The notes under the pieces were generated by a model. The model was not told where the DNA came from, did not search any database, and worked only from the letters and a program-made list of their open reading frames with translations. This document shows positions 19,658-29,755 of a DNA stretch of 64,000 nucleotides, in pieces (the stretch's first letter is position 1; each line of letters opens with the position of its first letter). The position numbers and the translations under genes were made by a program. The DNA comes from Longimicrobiales bacterium. Its GTDB lineage: Bacteria; Gemmatimonadota; Gemmatimonadetes; Longimicrobiales; Gaopeijiaceae. The stretch covers positions 1,184,001-1,248,000 of the forward strand of contig OZ250165.1 of the NCBI GenBank assembly GCA_965238005.1. The letters are read 5' to 3'.

Positions 19658-20638
19658 CTACGGCTCGCCAACCCGGTTCGGCATCCCTACGATGGCGATC
19701 TTGGTGCCGTCGGGACTCACGGCGATGCGGGTGAAAATCAGGTTCATGTGCCTGAGGTCCGCCATGACGCGCCAGTCGGCGTCCACTTCCGGATCCCACC
19801 GGAGGATCTGGCCTCCGGTGGCCATGAGGAGGACTCCCTCCGGCGTCCAGGCGTGGAAGTCGCCACCATCCCGGGTCCGGATCAGTCGCACTATTTCATG
19901 AGTCCCGATGTTCAACTCGCTGATCCATGACTCGTCGTCCGAGACCCGTTCGACGAAGCTCCAGGCGTTCCGATTGGGGATCTTGTGCAAGGATCGGCCC
20001 ACGCTGTTGGCCACGACCTCGGACAGGCCGGTGGTGGCGTCGGCCACCTGCAGCGTCGGCGGTCCTCCGAGGACGAAGAGCAGGAGGTTCTGTTCGTTAC
20101 CCCAGGCGTGATACCCCACTGGGACCACGTCACGTAGGACGACTTCGGCGTCCATGCCCTCCATGGTGAAGCGCCAGAGTCGCTGCGTCGAATCGGCCTC
20201 GACCTGGATTGCCGAAAAGGCCCGATCGCCGGGAATGGGCGTGGGCGAATACTCGCTCTCGGCGGTTCTCGTGATGCGCGTGGTACGCCCGGAGGACAGA
20301 TAGTAGCGATGGATCTCGGTCTGCCCGTCGTCTCCATCGTCGTACGCCGCCGTGTAGAGGATCGACCGGCTATCCGGCGTGAACAGGGGCTGGTTGTCGT
20401 AGGCCTCGGGCCGGTTGGTGACGTTCCGAAGGTCTCCGAGATAGTAGACCTCGTCGAAGACCGAGAGGTCTGTCACGTAGATGTCCGGCTGGGGTGGGGC
20501 CTCCTGGGCCATGACGGATCCGGCCAAAAGGGTCAGCGTCGCGAAGACCGACACGGCGCCGACGGCGCTGACCTTCGAGGGGGGCCTTGCCCAAGGGGTC
20601 GCGCTCTGGGGTGACACTCTTGGAGACGTTTCGATCAT
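19658..20638 (-). CDS. TolB-like beta-propeller exported protein
   Basis: YDNQPLFTPD, SEYSPT, VGYHAW, HAWTPEG and IAVSPDGTKIA (PD40-like repeats); signal peptide. Confidence 0.85.
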   Translation of the reverse strand: MIETSPRVSPQSATPWARPPSKVSAVGAVSVFATLTLLAGSVMAQEAPPQPDIYVTDLSVFDEVYYLGDLRNVTNRPEAYDNQPLFTPDSRSILYTAAYDDGDDGQTEIHRYYLSSGRTTRITRTAESEYSPTPIPGDRAFSAIQVEADSTQRLWRFTMEGMDAEVVLRDVVPVGYHAWGNEQNLLLFVLGGPPTLQVADATTGLSEVVANSVGRSLHKIPNRNAWSFVERVSDDESWISELNIGTHEIVRLIRTRDGGDFHAWTPEGVLLMATGGQILRWDPEVDADWRVMADLRHMNLIFTRIAVSPDGTKIAIVGMPNRVGEP

Positions 20639-20989
20639 TGGATCCGGTTGTGGGAGATCCGGTGAGAGAGTTCTCCATTAAGGGCCTGGCGGTCGGTGGC
20701 GCAAGCCCCGCGGGAGGAGGTGGCGTGCATGCAATCTAGCCGAGTCATCATATGGACGTACGTCGCGGCACCGTGGACTGGGGCACCGAGCCGTCACAAA
20801 GCGGTGTGATCATTCGTTTAGAAGGTACGTCGGGAATCGCTCGGAAGTGCCGGGAACCCGTCTTACGAAACCCGAACCCTCATCCTGGGGTTGGGTATCC
20901 ACGGATCATCAGAGGGACCGTGACGTGGTGAATCAAGTGGAAGCAGCGAACCGCATAGATGAGCCGTGGCCGGCGGGAGGTGAGGTGTG

Positions 20990-21470
20990 ATGGGTCACCA
21001 GAGGAACCGTGTTGCAGAGAAAGGGAAGGGAAGCCGAGTCCGGAGCCTCGTGGTGCCACTCACCCTTGTGGTCTTGCTGGCGCCTACTGGGTGCAGCTCC
21101 GATCCCACCCGCCCGGGGGAGGATGAGCTGCTCCAAGCTCTCTTCGGGACCTGGTCGTGGATCCGGGCCACGGGTGGGATCGCCGGCACCACCCGAACGC
21201 CCCAGAGCGAGGGATACACGCGGACCCTCACCTTCACCCCCCCCGAACCAGGTAGAAATGTTCCGGGACGGGGTCCCGGAAGTGACGACCACCTTCGAGT
21301 TCGTCCCCTTGATGGACAACGGCTCGACGGTACGCTCCGCGCAGTTACTCTACGCCCAACCCCTCACCGGCTTCGACGAACAGTGGGTGGAGATCACCGA
21401 AGCCGGTGACCTGGTTCTCTCCGATCCGTGCTGCGACGGCTTCGTATACGAGTGGCGTCGGGCGCAGTGA
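20990..21470 (+). pseudogene. Lipoprotein split by a frameshift in a C8 tract
   Basis: Lipobox-like PTGC and GTWSWIRATGGIAG precede the tract; PNQVEMF...DPCCDGFVYEW follows in the +1 frame. C7 at 21237-21244 would restore the frame. Confidence 0.7.
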
Positions 21471-21534
21471 ATACTACACCTGTGCAATCAGAGGGGCCTG
21501 TGGCCGCATCGTAGGCCGAGGCACCCCCCGGTGG

Positions 21535-22344
21535 CTACCTGGTGTTCGTGGAGCGGAGGGTCTCCGTCAGGCCCTGATCGTGGAAGATGATGGCGTGAAC
21601 CGTTCGGGGGCCGTGAACGCCCAGGGTCAGCGTCAGCTCGATGTCCGCCGACTTGCTGGGTCCCGTGATCAAGGTGAGCTGAGAACCGTCGCGCAGGGTC
21701 TGGTCCAACCGTCCGTCTTCCCTGAGAGACGCGATCCACCCTTCCGCGCTACCGTGGATTCGGCTGGTGGGGACCAAGACGATGTGATGTAACGGCAACA
21801 GGCTGGCCACTCGACTCCGGCCGGGGCCGGCACCCACCACCAAGGTACCGGTGCTCGCCAGAGCGGCATCGACCGCGGTGACGCCGACTGCTGCGCCCGC
21901 GGCATCCCTTCGCTGCTTCGGATCATGGAGGTCGTCGGGCACGATCACCGAGATGCCCGCCCGACCCAAGCGCTCCGTGAGATCTTGGACGCCTAGGGCG
22001 TCTGGAGCCCAGGCCAGAGCCCTCGCGAAGGAAAGGCCGTCCGCTGAGCCGGCTTCGCGCAGCGCCGCGATGCGCGCCAGGACCCGATCCCCGACGGCGT
22101 CCGCTCCTTCGACGATCTCGTGGCTCCCCAGCACGGCGTCCAGGCTGGCCCCAAACCGTTCGGCCAAAGCCCGGGAATCGCCGCCGGCATGTGTGAGAGG
22201 CGTGGGTGGCCCGGGGAGGGGCTCCCCGGACCCGGGTACCTTGAACGCTGCCGAGGGATCGGCGAGACCTTCTCGAAGCCGCCCGAGAATCCACGCTCGC
22301 GTCTGGGCCGACGCCCCGCCTGTCGCCTGCGCAGAGTCGCTCAT
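21535..22344 (-). CDS. lutC: Lactate utilization protein C (LUD domain)
   Basis: ALASTGTL, LITGPSKSADIELTLTLGVHGP. Confidence 0.88.
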   Translation of the reverse strand: MSDSAQATGGASAQTRAWILGRLREGLADPSAAFKVPGSGEPLPGPPTPLTHAGGDSRALAERFGASLDAVLGSHEIVEGADAVGDRVLARIAALREAGSADGLSFARALAWAPDALGVQDLTERLGRAGISVIVPDDLHDPKQRRDAAGAAVGVTAVDAALASTGTLVVGAGPGRSRVASLLPLHHIVLVPTSRIHGSAEGWIASLREDGRLDQTLRDGSQLTLITGPSKSADIELTLTLGVHGPRTVHAIIFHDQGLTETLRSTNTR

Positions 22345-23819
22345 CCCGCCTCCGTGCCCTGGTCGTGCCCGTCGGCCTCCACACCGCCGCGCCGCCCCGC
22401 CCTACCGAGCTTCCACAGCTCCCTGAACGTCCTCTTCGGTGGAACGGGGAACACCCGGGTGCGGGTCCATGCGGCGAGGGGCGGGGGCAAGGCGGATATG
22501 TGTCCTACGCGTCGCCCCAGCAGCCGGCCGAAGAAGCGTCCCACCCGCGTGGCGAAGCGGTACCGGCGCGGACCATGCAAGGGCAGCGTGAGCGCTTTCA
22601 CGGAAGCTCGTGCCGCCAGGCTCGATTCACCCCGTGCCGTCAGATCACCTCGGAGCTCGAGGAGCAGTCGGGGGAGATCGATCTTCACGGGGCAGGCGTC
22701 CTTGCACGCGCCGCAGAGCGAGCTGGCGAACGGGAGCTCTCTGCCCGTGTGCGAGTCGTCCCCCCTGGCCTCGGCCAGCAATGGGGTGAGGATTGACCCA
22801 ATGGGCCCGGAATAGGGGGTCCGACCGTAGGCGTGCCCACCGATCTCCCGGTAGACGGGACATACGTCCAGACACGCTCCACAGCGGATGCAGAGGAGTG
22901 CGTCGGCGTATCCGCGCATGAGCACGCCCGAGCGCCCGTTGTCGACGAGGACGACGTGCATTTCCTGGGGCCCGTCGGCGTGATCTGAAGGACGTGGGCC
23001 GCTTGTCAATGAGAAGTAGACCGAGACGTCCTGCCCCGTCGCGTTTCTCGTCGTGGCCTGCCAGAGAAGCACCGCGTCCTCCAGCTTCTCCACGACCTTC
23101 TCGATCCCGACCACGACGACATATATCCGGGGGAGGCTGGTCACCATGCGGCCGTTCCCCTCGTTCGTGATCAAGCAGATGGTGCCGCTCTCGGTCACGG
23201 CGAAGTTGCAGCCGCTGATCCCCATCTGCGCCCCGAGGAATCGTCGTCGCAGCTCCCCTCGTGCCGTGGCACACATGACCGCCGGGTCCAGGGTCGGCTC
23301 CATCCCCAGTTCCCGTTCGAAGACTCTCGCCACGTCCTCGGCACGCTTGTGAATGACGGGAGCGACGATGTGGCTGGGCGGCTCGTCGTCGAGCTGGATG
23401 ATGTACTCCCCGAGGTCCGTCTCGACGATGTCGATCCCGGCCTCCTCCAGGGCTTGGTTGAGCCCGATCTCTTCGGTGACCATGGACTTGGATTTGACCG
23501 CACTCTCCACTCCCCCGCGCCGGGCGATCTCCACTACTGCGCGGTTCGCCTCGGCGGCATCTCGAGCCCAATGCACCGTGCATCCGTTTCGAGCGAGGTT
23601 GCCCTCCAGCTCCTCCAGAAGCTCTGGGAGACGCCGGATGGCCCTTTCACGGACGGATCGGCTCTCGGCCCGCATCACTTCGGCGTTCACCGCGGCCAGC
23701 GCGGTCAGGCGTCTCTGCGCGAGCTGCCCGGTAGCCCGGTCCAGGGCGGTCTTGAGGTCGGTGTCCGCCAGGGCTTGCTTGACCCGGGTCCGGTAGGGCG
23801 CGTCGATGTCGATCTTCAC
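22341..23819 (-). CDS. lutB: Lactate utilization Fe-S protein B
   Basis: KSKSMVTEEI, ETDLGEYI, PPSHIVAP, NEGNGR, CIRCGACLDVCP and SSLCGACKDACP motifs; GTG start overlaps the lutA stop. Confidence 0.93.
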   Translation of the reverse strand: MKIDIDAPYRTRVKQALADTDLKTALDRATGQLAQRRLTALAAVNAEVMRAESRSVRERAIRRLPELLEELEGNLARNGCTVHWARDAAEANRAVVEIARRGGVESAVKSKSMVTEEIGLNQALEEAGIDIVETDLGEYIIQLDDEPPSHIVAPVIHKRAEDVARVFERELGMEPTLDPAVMCATARGELRRRFLGAQMGISGCNFAVTESGTICLITNEGNGRMVTSLPRIYVVVVGIEKVVEKLEDAVLLWQATTRNATGQDVSVYFSLTSGPRPSDHADGPQEMHVVLVDNGRSGVLMRGYADALLCIRCGACLDVCPVYREIGGHAYGRTPYSGPIGSILTPLLAEARGDDSHTGRELPFASSLCGACKDACPVKIDLPRLLLELRGDLTARGESSLAARASVKALTLPLHGPRRYRFATRVGRFFGRLLGRRVGHISALPPPLAAWTRTRVFPVPPKRTFRELWKLGRAGRRGGVEADGHDQGTEAG

Positions 23820-24610
23820 GCGAGGCCCTCGTCGTCGCCTGCCAAGAGCTCCGCGATGTGAACGGCGCGGCATCGATGGCCGCCTCGCACGAGGATTCCG
23901 TTGAGGTGGGTCATGCAACCCACGTCGCCCACTGCCACGACCTGAGCCCCCGAGGCGTCCAGGTGCCGGGCCTTGCGGCGACCCATCTCGGTGCTGATCT
24001 CCGAGTTCAAGACCGCAAAGGCGCCGCCAAAGCCACAGCACTCCTCGGACTCCTCGAGATCGACGAGCTCCCCACCCTCGAGGCTCTCGAGAAGCGTGCG
24101 CGGTTGGCGGTCGACCCTGAGCTCCCTCAGCAGGTGGCAGCACGCGTGATACGTGATGGACCGGGTCGATTTCGTTCCCGTGGTTTCCACTCCCAGAGCG
24201 TCCACGAGATACTCGGTGAGCTCGTGGGTGCGGTCGCCTACCAGCCGGGCCCGCTCACGAGTCTCCTTGGGCGCCCCCCCTTCCAGGAGAATCCGGAAGG
24301 AGTGCTTCACGTAGGCCACGCAGCTTCCGGACGGAGCAACGATGGCATCGACCTCGCCGCCTTCGACGAGGGGACCGAACACGTCGAGAAAGCTCAGGGC
24401 AAGCTTACGTGCCTCCTTCCAATGTCCCGAGGTGAAGGCCGGCTGGCCGCAGCACGTCTGGTTTTCGGGAAAGACGACCTCGGCGCCGTGCCGCTCCAGA
24501 AGCTCGACGGACGCCATGCCGACGCGCGGATACATCGCGTCCACCATGCACGTGACGAAGAGCGCGACCCTGGGCCGGGGGTTATCGGATTGTGGCGTGG
24601 GATGGACCAT
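23816..24610 (-). CDS. lutA: Lactate utilization protein A (CCG domains)
   Basis: LFVTC, QTCCGQP, PSGSC, YHACCH and ECCGFGG motifs. Confidence 0.92.
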   Translation of the reverse strand: MVHPTPQSDNPRPRVALFVTCMVDAMYPRVGMASVELLERHGAEVVFPENQTCCGQPAFTSGHWKEARKLALSFLDVFGPLVEGGEVDAIVAPSGSCVAYVKHSFRILLEGGAPKETRERARLVGDRTHELTEYLVDALGVETTGTKSTRSITYHACCHLLRELRVDRQPRTLLESLEGGELVDLEESEECCGFGGAFAVLNSEISTEMGRRKARHLDASGAQVVAVGDVGCMTHLNGILVRGGHRCRAVHIAELLAGDDEGLA

Positions 24611-24786
24611 GCAACACAACATGCCCTTCCAACCGCGCCGACGCGAGGCCGTGGCATGTGGGCCGCAGAAAGGTCGTTCGTCTTGGTATGACGGACCTTT
24701 CTCGTATATTTCCATCTGCCCCGACTACTGAGCCCCACGGTCCGCTACTGGACCGTGAGGTACACGTACGCCCGAACTACGGAGCC

Positions 24787-26163
24787 ATGAACCCGGCAGA
24801 TACCGTCGTGGCCGCACCGACACACCTCGTCACCGTGACTGCACAAGCCATGGGTGCCGATCCCATGCTCTTCCTTCGGCAGGCGAAGGGCGGGCCTCGC
24901 GGGTTCTGGGCCAGGGCCGATCGCTGGTTGGCCCACTCCGGCGCCGTTGCCACGCTTTCGGTAGACGGCCATGCCTCGACGGACCGCTTTTCCGCCATCG
25001 AGGCCGAGGCACGCGCTCTGTTGGAAGCTGCTCCTGTCACGGGCAGTGAACGGACAGCTCTGAGCCGGTTCTACGGCGGCTTCTCCTTCCGCTCCGACCA
25101 CTCCGCCGTCGATCTCTGGGCCGGGTTCACCCCCGCGCTCTTCCACCTACCTGAGTTGGAGCTGGAGGGTAGGGGCCGCCGACCCCCGCGTCTGACGGTC
25201 CGGACCGTGGTCGGTCCCGACGAAGGCGAGGTGGATTCCGCGCTGAGCCTGCTGTCGACGCGGGCCGGGCGGATTTCCGAGAGGCTCCGAGAGCTTTCGC
25301 GCAGTGAGAACGGGCCACCTCCGACCATGCCCACCACCCGAGCCGAATCGGAGCGCAGCGCGTGGGACTCCGCCGTCACCGACGCACTGGCGGCCATCGC
25401 CGGAGGGGGTGTGTCCAAGGTGGTGCTGGCGCGCACCCTGGACGTCGTCACCGAAGAACGCGTGGATCCGGTCGAAGTCGTGCGACACCTCTGGGAGGAG
25501 AACCGCGGAAGCCATGTCTTCCTCTTCGAGCCGGCCGACGGGTGTCCGCTCGTGGGAGCGGCGCCGGAGACTGTGGCGACCATGTTCCGGGGTGCATTCC
25601 ACGCCACTGCCGTTGCCGGAACGGTCGCCCGCGGCGAAACGCCCGAGGAGCAGCAAGCCCTGGCGGTGCGCCTGCTGGCAAGCGAGAAGGACGGAGTCGA
25701 GCACCGTATCGCCCTCGACGACATGGTGGCCCGCCTGGGTCCGCTGGCCCACGAGGTGCACGCGCAGCCCGAGCCCCACGTTCTCACGCTGGCGCGGATA
25801 CAACACCTCGAGACTGAGATCCGGGCGAGCGTGCCGGAAGGCACGTCGGTTTTAACCGTGCTCGAGGCTCTTCATCCCACGCCAGCCGTCTGCGGGCTTC
25901 CCCGGGACGATGCCCTTGCGTTTCTGAGTCGCGAGGAACCGTTCGAGCGTGGCTGGTATGCGGGGCCTGTGGGCTGGTTCGACCTGGAGGGCAACGGGGT
26001 CTTCGCTCCGGCGCTCCGCTGCGCAGTGGCCCACGACCATCAGTGGCGGCTGTTCGCCGGAGCCGGCATCGTGGCCGGCTCGGACCCCGGCCTCGAATGG
26101 GAGGAGACCAGCATCAAGTTCGAACCGGTTCTCCGAGCCCTGGCGGCAAGCGGGGCGCAATGA
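24787..26163 (+). CDS. menF: Isochorismate synthase
   Basis: KVVLAR, GAAPE, AVAGT, LHPTPAVCG, RGWYAG and AGAGIV motifs; first gene of the men cluster. Confidence 0.92.
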   Translation: MNPADTVVAAPTHLVTVTAQAMGADPMLFLRQAKGGPRGFWARADRWLAHSGAVATLSVDGHASTDRFSAIEAEARALLEAAPVTGSERTALSRFYGGFSFRSDHSAVDLWAGFTPALFHLPELELEGRGRRPPRLTVRTVVGPDEGEVDSALSLLSTRAGRISERLRELSRSENGPPPTMPTTRAESERSAWDSAVTDALAAIAGGGVSKVVLARTLDVVTEERVDPVEVVRHLWEENRGSHVFLFEPADGCPLVGAAPETVATMFRGAFHATAVAGTVARGETPEEQQALAVRLLASEKDGVEHRIALDDMVARLGPLAHEVHAQPEPHVLTLARIQHLETEIRASVPEGTSVLTVLEALHPTPAVCGLPRDDALAFLSREEPFERGWYAGPVGWFDLEGNGVFAPALRCAVAHDHQWRLFAGAGIVAGSDPGLEWEETSIKFEPVLRALAASGAQ

Positions 26164-27971
26164 GCGATCCGGCGGTCACCACCGCCTGGGCAAGAGCTTT
26201 CATGGATGAACTGGCTCGGGTCGGCCTCGAGCACGTGTGCGTGGCTCCTGGCTCCCGCTCCACGCCACTGGTGATGGCGTGCGCCATGGACGCCCGCTTC
26301 ACCACCTGGGTCCACCTGGACGAGCGATCGGCCGGCTTCTTCGCGCTCGGTATCGGGAAGGCCACGCGCAACCCCGCAGCCGTGATCACCACGTCGGGTA
26401 CCGCCACGGCCAACCTCTTTCCCGCCGTCATCGAGGCGTCCCGGAGTGGCGTGCCTCTGTTGGTCCTTACAGCGGATCGACCCCTCCGCCTTCGTGGCTC
26501 CGACGCCAACCAGACCATCGATCAGGAGGGCATCTACGGGTCGTATCCCAGGGAGAGCCTCGACGCCGGTGACCCGGCCCTCGAGAAGCTACGGGAAACG
26601 AGGGCTCTGGCCTGCAAGGCCGTGGCCCGGACCCTGGGGCCCGATCCTGGGCCGGTCCACGTGAACCTCCCGTTCGACAAGCCGTTGGAGCCCGTCGAGA
26701 TGGATCCGGCGAGAGTGGGAAGCCTACGGGAGGCGGATCCATGGGGCTTGGATGGCCGACCCGACGGGGCTCCCATGGAGGCCCTTCCGAGCTCCGGCGG
26801 CGCTCTCCGGGCCGGGGAGGTGGAGGCGCTCGTCAGCTTTCTTCGAGCCGGCGAGAGAGGGCTCATCGTGGCCGGCCCCGTTGCCGATCCCGACCGCGCC
26901 GGGCCTGCCCTGATCCGTCTTGCCGCAGCCACCGGCCTCCCTCTTCTCGCGGACCCTCTCTCCGGGGCACGCTTCGGACACGACTGTGGGTCACCTCCGA
27001 TCGCGACATCGGACCTCTTCCTCCGGGACCCCGCGGCTCGGGGCCGGCTTCGGCCCGACCTCATCCTCCGAGTCGGGCGGCCTCCCACGTCGGCCGGGGT
27101 CCTGACCTTCCTGGAGGAGTGTGGAAGTGTGCCCCAGATCGTGATCGGGGCAGGACACCCGCAAAAGGACTCATTGTCTACCGGATCCCGCTACGTACAG
27201 GCCGACGTGGCGGCGCTACTCGCCGAGGTGGCGACCGGCGTGTCCCGAACTGTCGCGCCGGCCGGATGGAGCGGGGTATGGGAGCGCCTCGACCGAGTCG
27301 CTCGGGAGGCGGTGCAGAGGGTTGGTGGCGACTTCTTCGAGGGAGACGTCCTCTCGGCCGTGGTGGAGACCCTCCCGGAGGGGGGTACCCTCTTCGTCTC
27401 CAACTCCATGCCGGTGAGGGATTTGGACGCGTTCGGAGGGGCAGGGCCGAAGCGTCTTCGCATTTTCGGGAATCGAGGTGCCAGCGGGATCGACGGAATC
27501 GTCTCCACGGTGGCGGGAGTCGCGGCGGCGACTTCTTCACGAGCCGGCGATTCGTCAGACCGAAATGAGCCGCCCATGGTGGCTGTGCTCGGAGATCTGG
27601 CCTTCTACCACGACATGAATGGACTGTTCGCGGTGAGAGAGAATCGGCTGAACGTGCTCTTCGTGGTGATCAACAACGACGGGGGTGGCATCTTCCACAT
27701 GCTCCCCATCCAGGAGTACGAGCCCGAGTTCACTCGCTATTTTGCAACGCCGCATGGGCTCGACTTTCGCCACGCCGCGGATCTGTACGGGATTCCGTAC
27801 CGTCGCCTGGACGACCCGACCCGCACCTCGGAGTCTCTTCGTGAGGCCTTGCTTGAGCCGGGACTCCGGATTCTGGAGATTCGAACGGACCGCGACGAGA
27901 ATCAGCGTCGGCACCGGGAGGTGATCGAGGCGGTGGTCGAGGCGGTCCGACGCGAGATCGAGGTGGCGTGA
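26160..27971 (+). CDS. menD: SEPHCHC synthase
   Basis: PGSRSTPL, DERSAGFFALG, TSGTA, NRGASGIDG, GDLAFYHD and NNDGGGIF motifs. Confidence 0.96.
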   Translation: MSDPAVTTAWARAFMDELARVGLEHVCVAPGSRSTPLVMACAMDARFTTWVHLDERSAGFFALGIGKATRNPAAVITTSGTATANLFPAVIEASRSGVPLLVLTADRPLRLRGSDANQTIDQEGIYGSYPRESLDAGDPALEKLRETRALACKAVARTLGPDPGPVHVNLPFDKPLEPVEMDPARVGSLREADPWGLDGRPDGAPMEALPSSGGALRAGEVEALVSFLRAGERGLIVAGPVADPDRAGPALIRLAAATGLPLLADPLSGARFGHDCGSPPIATSDLFLRDPAARGRLRPDLILRVGRPPTSAGVLTFLEECGSVPQIVIGAGHPQKDSLSTGSRYVQADVAALLAEVATGVSRTVAPAGWSGVWERLDRVAREAVQRVGGDFFEGDVLSAVVETLPEGGTLFVSNSMPVRDLDAFGGAGPKRLRIFGNRGASGIDGIVSTVAGVAAATSSRAGDSSDRNEPPMVAVLGDLAFYHDMNGLFAVRENRLNVLFVVINNDGGGIFHMLPIQEYEPEFTRYFATPHGLDFRHAADLYGIPYRRLDDPTRTSESLREALLEPGLRILEIRTDRDENQRRHREVIEAVVEAVRREIEVA

Positions 27972-28028
27972 CCTGCGCTCGATCGACACATGACGACGGC
28001 AATGACTCGAGACCTAGGATGCCCGTAG

Positions 28029-28868
28029 ATGAGTGAGCCGCAGTGGGAGGTGGTCAAGGAGTACGAAGACATCACCTACAAGAAGGCCGACGGGGTGGCC
28101 CGCATCGCCATCAACCGGCCCCACATCCGTAACGCCTTCCGGCCCGGGACAATTTTGGAGCTGCAGGAAGCCTTCAAGAACGCGGGCGAAGACACTCGCA
28201 TCGGTGTGGTGCTCTTCACCGGAGAAGGCCCGGCGGAGGACGGGGTCTACGCCTTCTGCTCAGGGGGAGATCAGAAGGTCCGAGGGGACGCGGGCTACGT
28301 GGGAGAAGACGGGGTGCCCCGGCTCAACGTTCTCGAGCTGCAGCGCTATATCCGCAGCATGCCGAAGCCTGTGATCTGCCTCGTGGCAGGATACGCCCTC
28401 GGCGGCGGCCACGTGCTCCACATCGTATGTGATCTCACGCTGGCGGCCGACAACGCCGTATTCGGTCAGACCGGCCCCAGGGTCGGAAGCTTCGACGGCG
28501 GCTTCGGGGCGTCGTTTCTTTCCCGGATGGTGGGTCAGAAGAAGGCTCGGGAGATCTGGTATCTTTGCCGCCATTACAGCGCACAGGAGGCGCTCCAGAT
28601 GGGCATGGTGAACAAGGTCGTGCCCGCCGAGGAGCTGGAGATGGAGGGCTGGCGCTGGGCCCAGGAGATCCTCGACAAGAGCCCCCTGGCCATCAGGCTT
28701 CTCAAGTCCTCCTTCAACGCGGATGTCGATGGCCAGGCGGGAATCCAGGAGCTCGCCGGAAACGCCACGCTCCTCTACTACATGACGGAAGAGGCGAAGG
28801 AGGCGAAGAACGCGTTCCTCGAGAAGCGCAAAGCGAACTTCCGGCAGTTTCCGTGGCTGCCGTGGTAG
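28029..28868 (+). CDS. menB: 1,4-dihydroxy-2-naphthoyl-CoA synthase
   Basis: RNAFRP, FCSGGDQ, GGGHVLH and VGSFDGGFG motifs. Confidence 0.97.
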   Translation: MSEPQWEVVKEYEDITYKKADGVARIAINRPHIRNAFRPGTILELQEAFKNAGEDTRIGVVLFTGEGPAEDGVYAFCSGGDQKVRGDAGYVGEDGVPRLNVLELQRYIRSMPKPVICLVAGYALGGGHVLHIVCDLTLAADNAVFGQTGPRVGSFDGGFGASFLSRMVGQKKAREIWYLCRHYSAQEALQMGMVNKVVPAEELEMEGWRWAQEILDKSPLAIRLLKSSFNADVDGQAGIQELAGNATLLYYMTEEAKEAKNAFLEKRKANFRQFPWLPW

Positions 28869-29755
28869 AACCCATCTCCCGCACCCGCGCCTGGATTCTG
28901 GCCGCACGTCCGAAGACGCTGTCGGCGGCGGCGGCTCCCGTGTTCGTGGGGACGGGCCTTGCTGGGGCCCACGGCACATACCGAGCTGCCCCGGCAGCGG
29001 CCGCCCTCCTGGGCGCGCTCCTCATCCAGATCGGGACGAATCTCGCCAATGACTACTACGACTTTCTTCGGGGGGGTGACACCGAGAATCGGGTGGGTCC
29101 CCTCAGGGTGACTCAGGCCGGCCTGATCCCGCCCAGGCAGGTGTGGTGGGGAATGGTCATCACGCTGTTCGTGGCGTTCCTCGTAGGAGTCTACCTCGTC
29201 TCGGTGGGCGGATGGCCCATCGTATGGATCGGGTTGGCTTCGCTTCTCTGCGCCGTGGCGTACACGGGAGGCCCTTACCCACTGGCCTACCATGGGCTCG
29301 GCGATCCCTTCGTGTTCGTCTTCTTCGGCCTGGTGGCGGTGGGTGGGACGTACTGGGTCCAGGCCCTGGCGCTTCCGGGAGACGCACTCGTGGCCGGCGT
29401 TGGAATCGGCGCCCTGAACACGACCATATTGGTGGCCAACAACGTGAGGGACCTCGACACCGACGCGGCGGCCGGGAAGCGCACCCTCGCGGTCCGCCTC
29501 GGCCGGCTCGGTAGCAGGATCGAATACGTGCTGCTGATGGGTGTGGGATTCGCGGTGCCGGTTCTGGGCGTGGCGCTTTACGGGTGGCCCGGGACTGCCC
29601 TCGTCGCCTTCGGCGCCGGCATCGCCTCGATCACTCCGGTGACCCTAATCATGACGAAGGACGACGCCCGGGAGTTGGTTCCTGCCTTACCGGGGACCGC
29701 GCGGGTGGTGGCGCTCTACGGCGTGCTGCTCAGCGTGGGCTTGGCCTTCGGATGA
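28862..29755 (+). CDS. menA: DHNA polyprenyltransferase
   Basis: [24 protein letters not shown] and NNVRDLDTD...GKRTLAV motifs. Confidence 0.95.
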   Translation: MVEPISRTRAWILAARPKTLSAAAAPVFVGTGLAGAHGTYRAAPAAAALLGALLIQIGTNLANDYYDFLRGGDTENRVGPLRVTQAGLIPPRQVWWGMVITLFVAFLVGVYLVSVGGWPIVWIGLASLLCAVAYTGGPYPLAYHGLGDPFVFVFFGLVAVGGTYWVQALALPGDALVAGVGIGALNTTILVANNVRDLDTDAAAGKRTLAVRLGRLGSRIEYVLLMGVGFAVPVLGVALYGWPGTALVAFGAGIASITPVTLIMTKDDARELVPALPGTARVVALYGVLLSVGLAFG

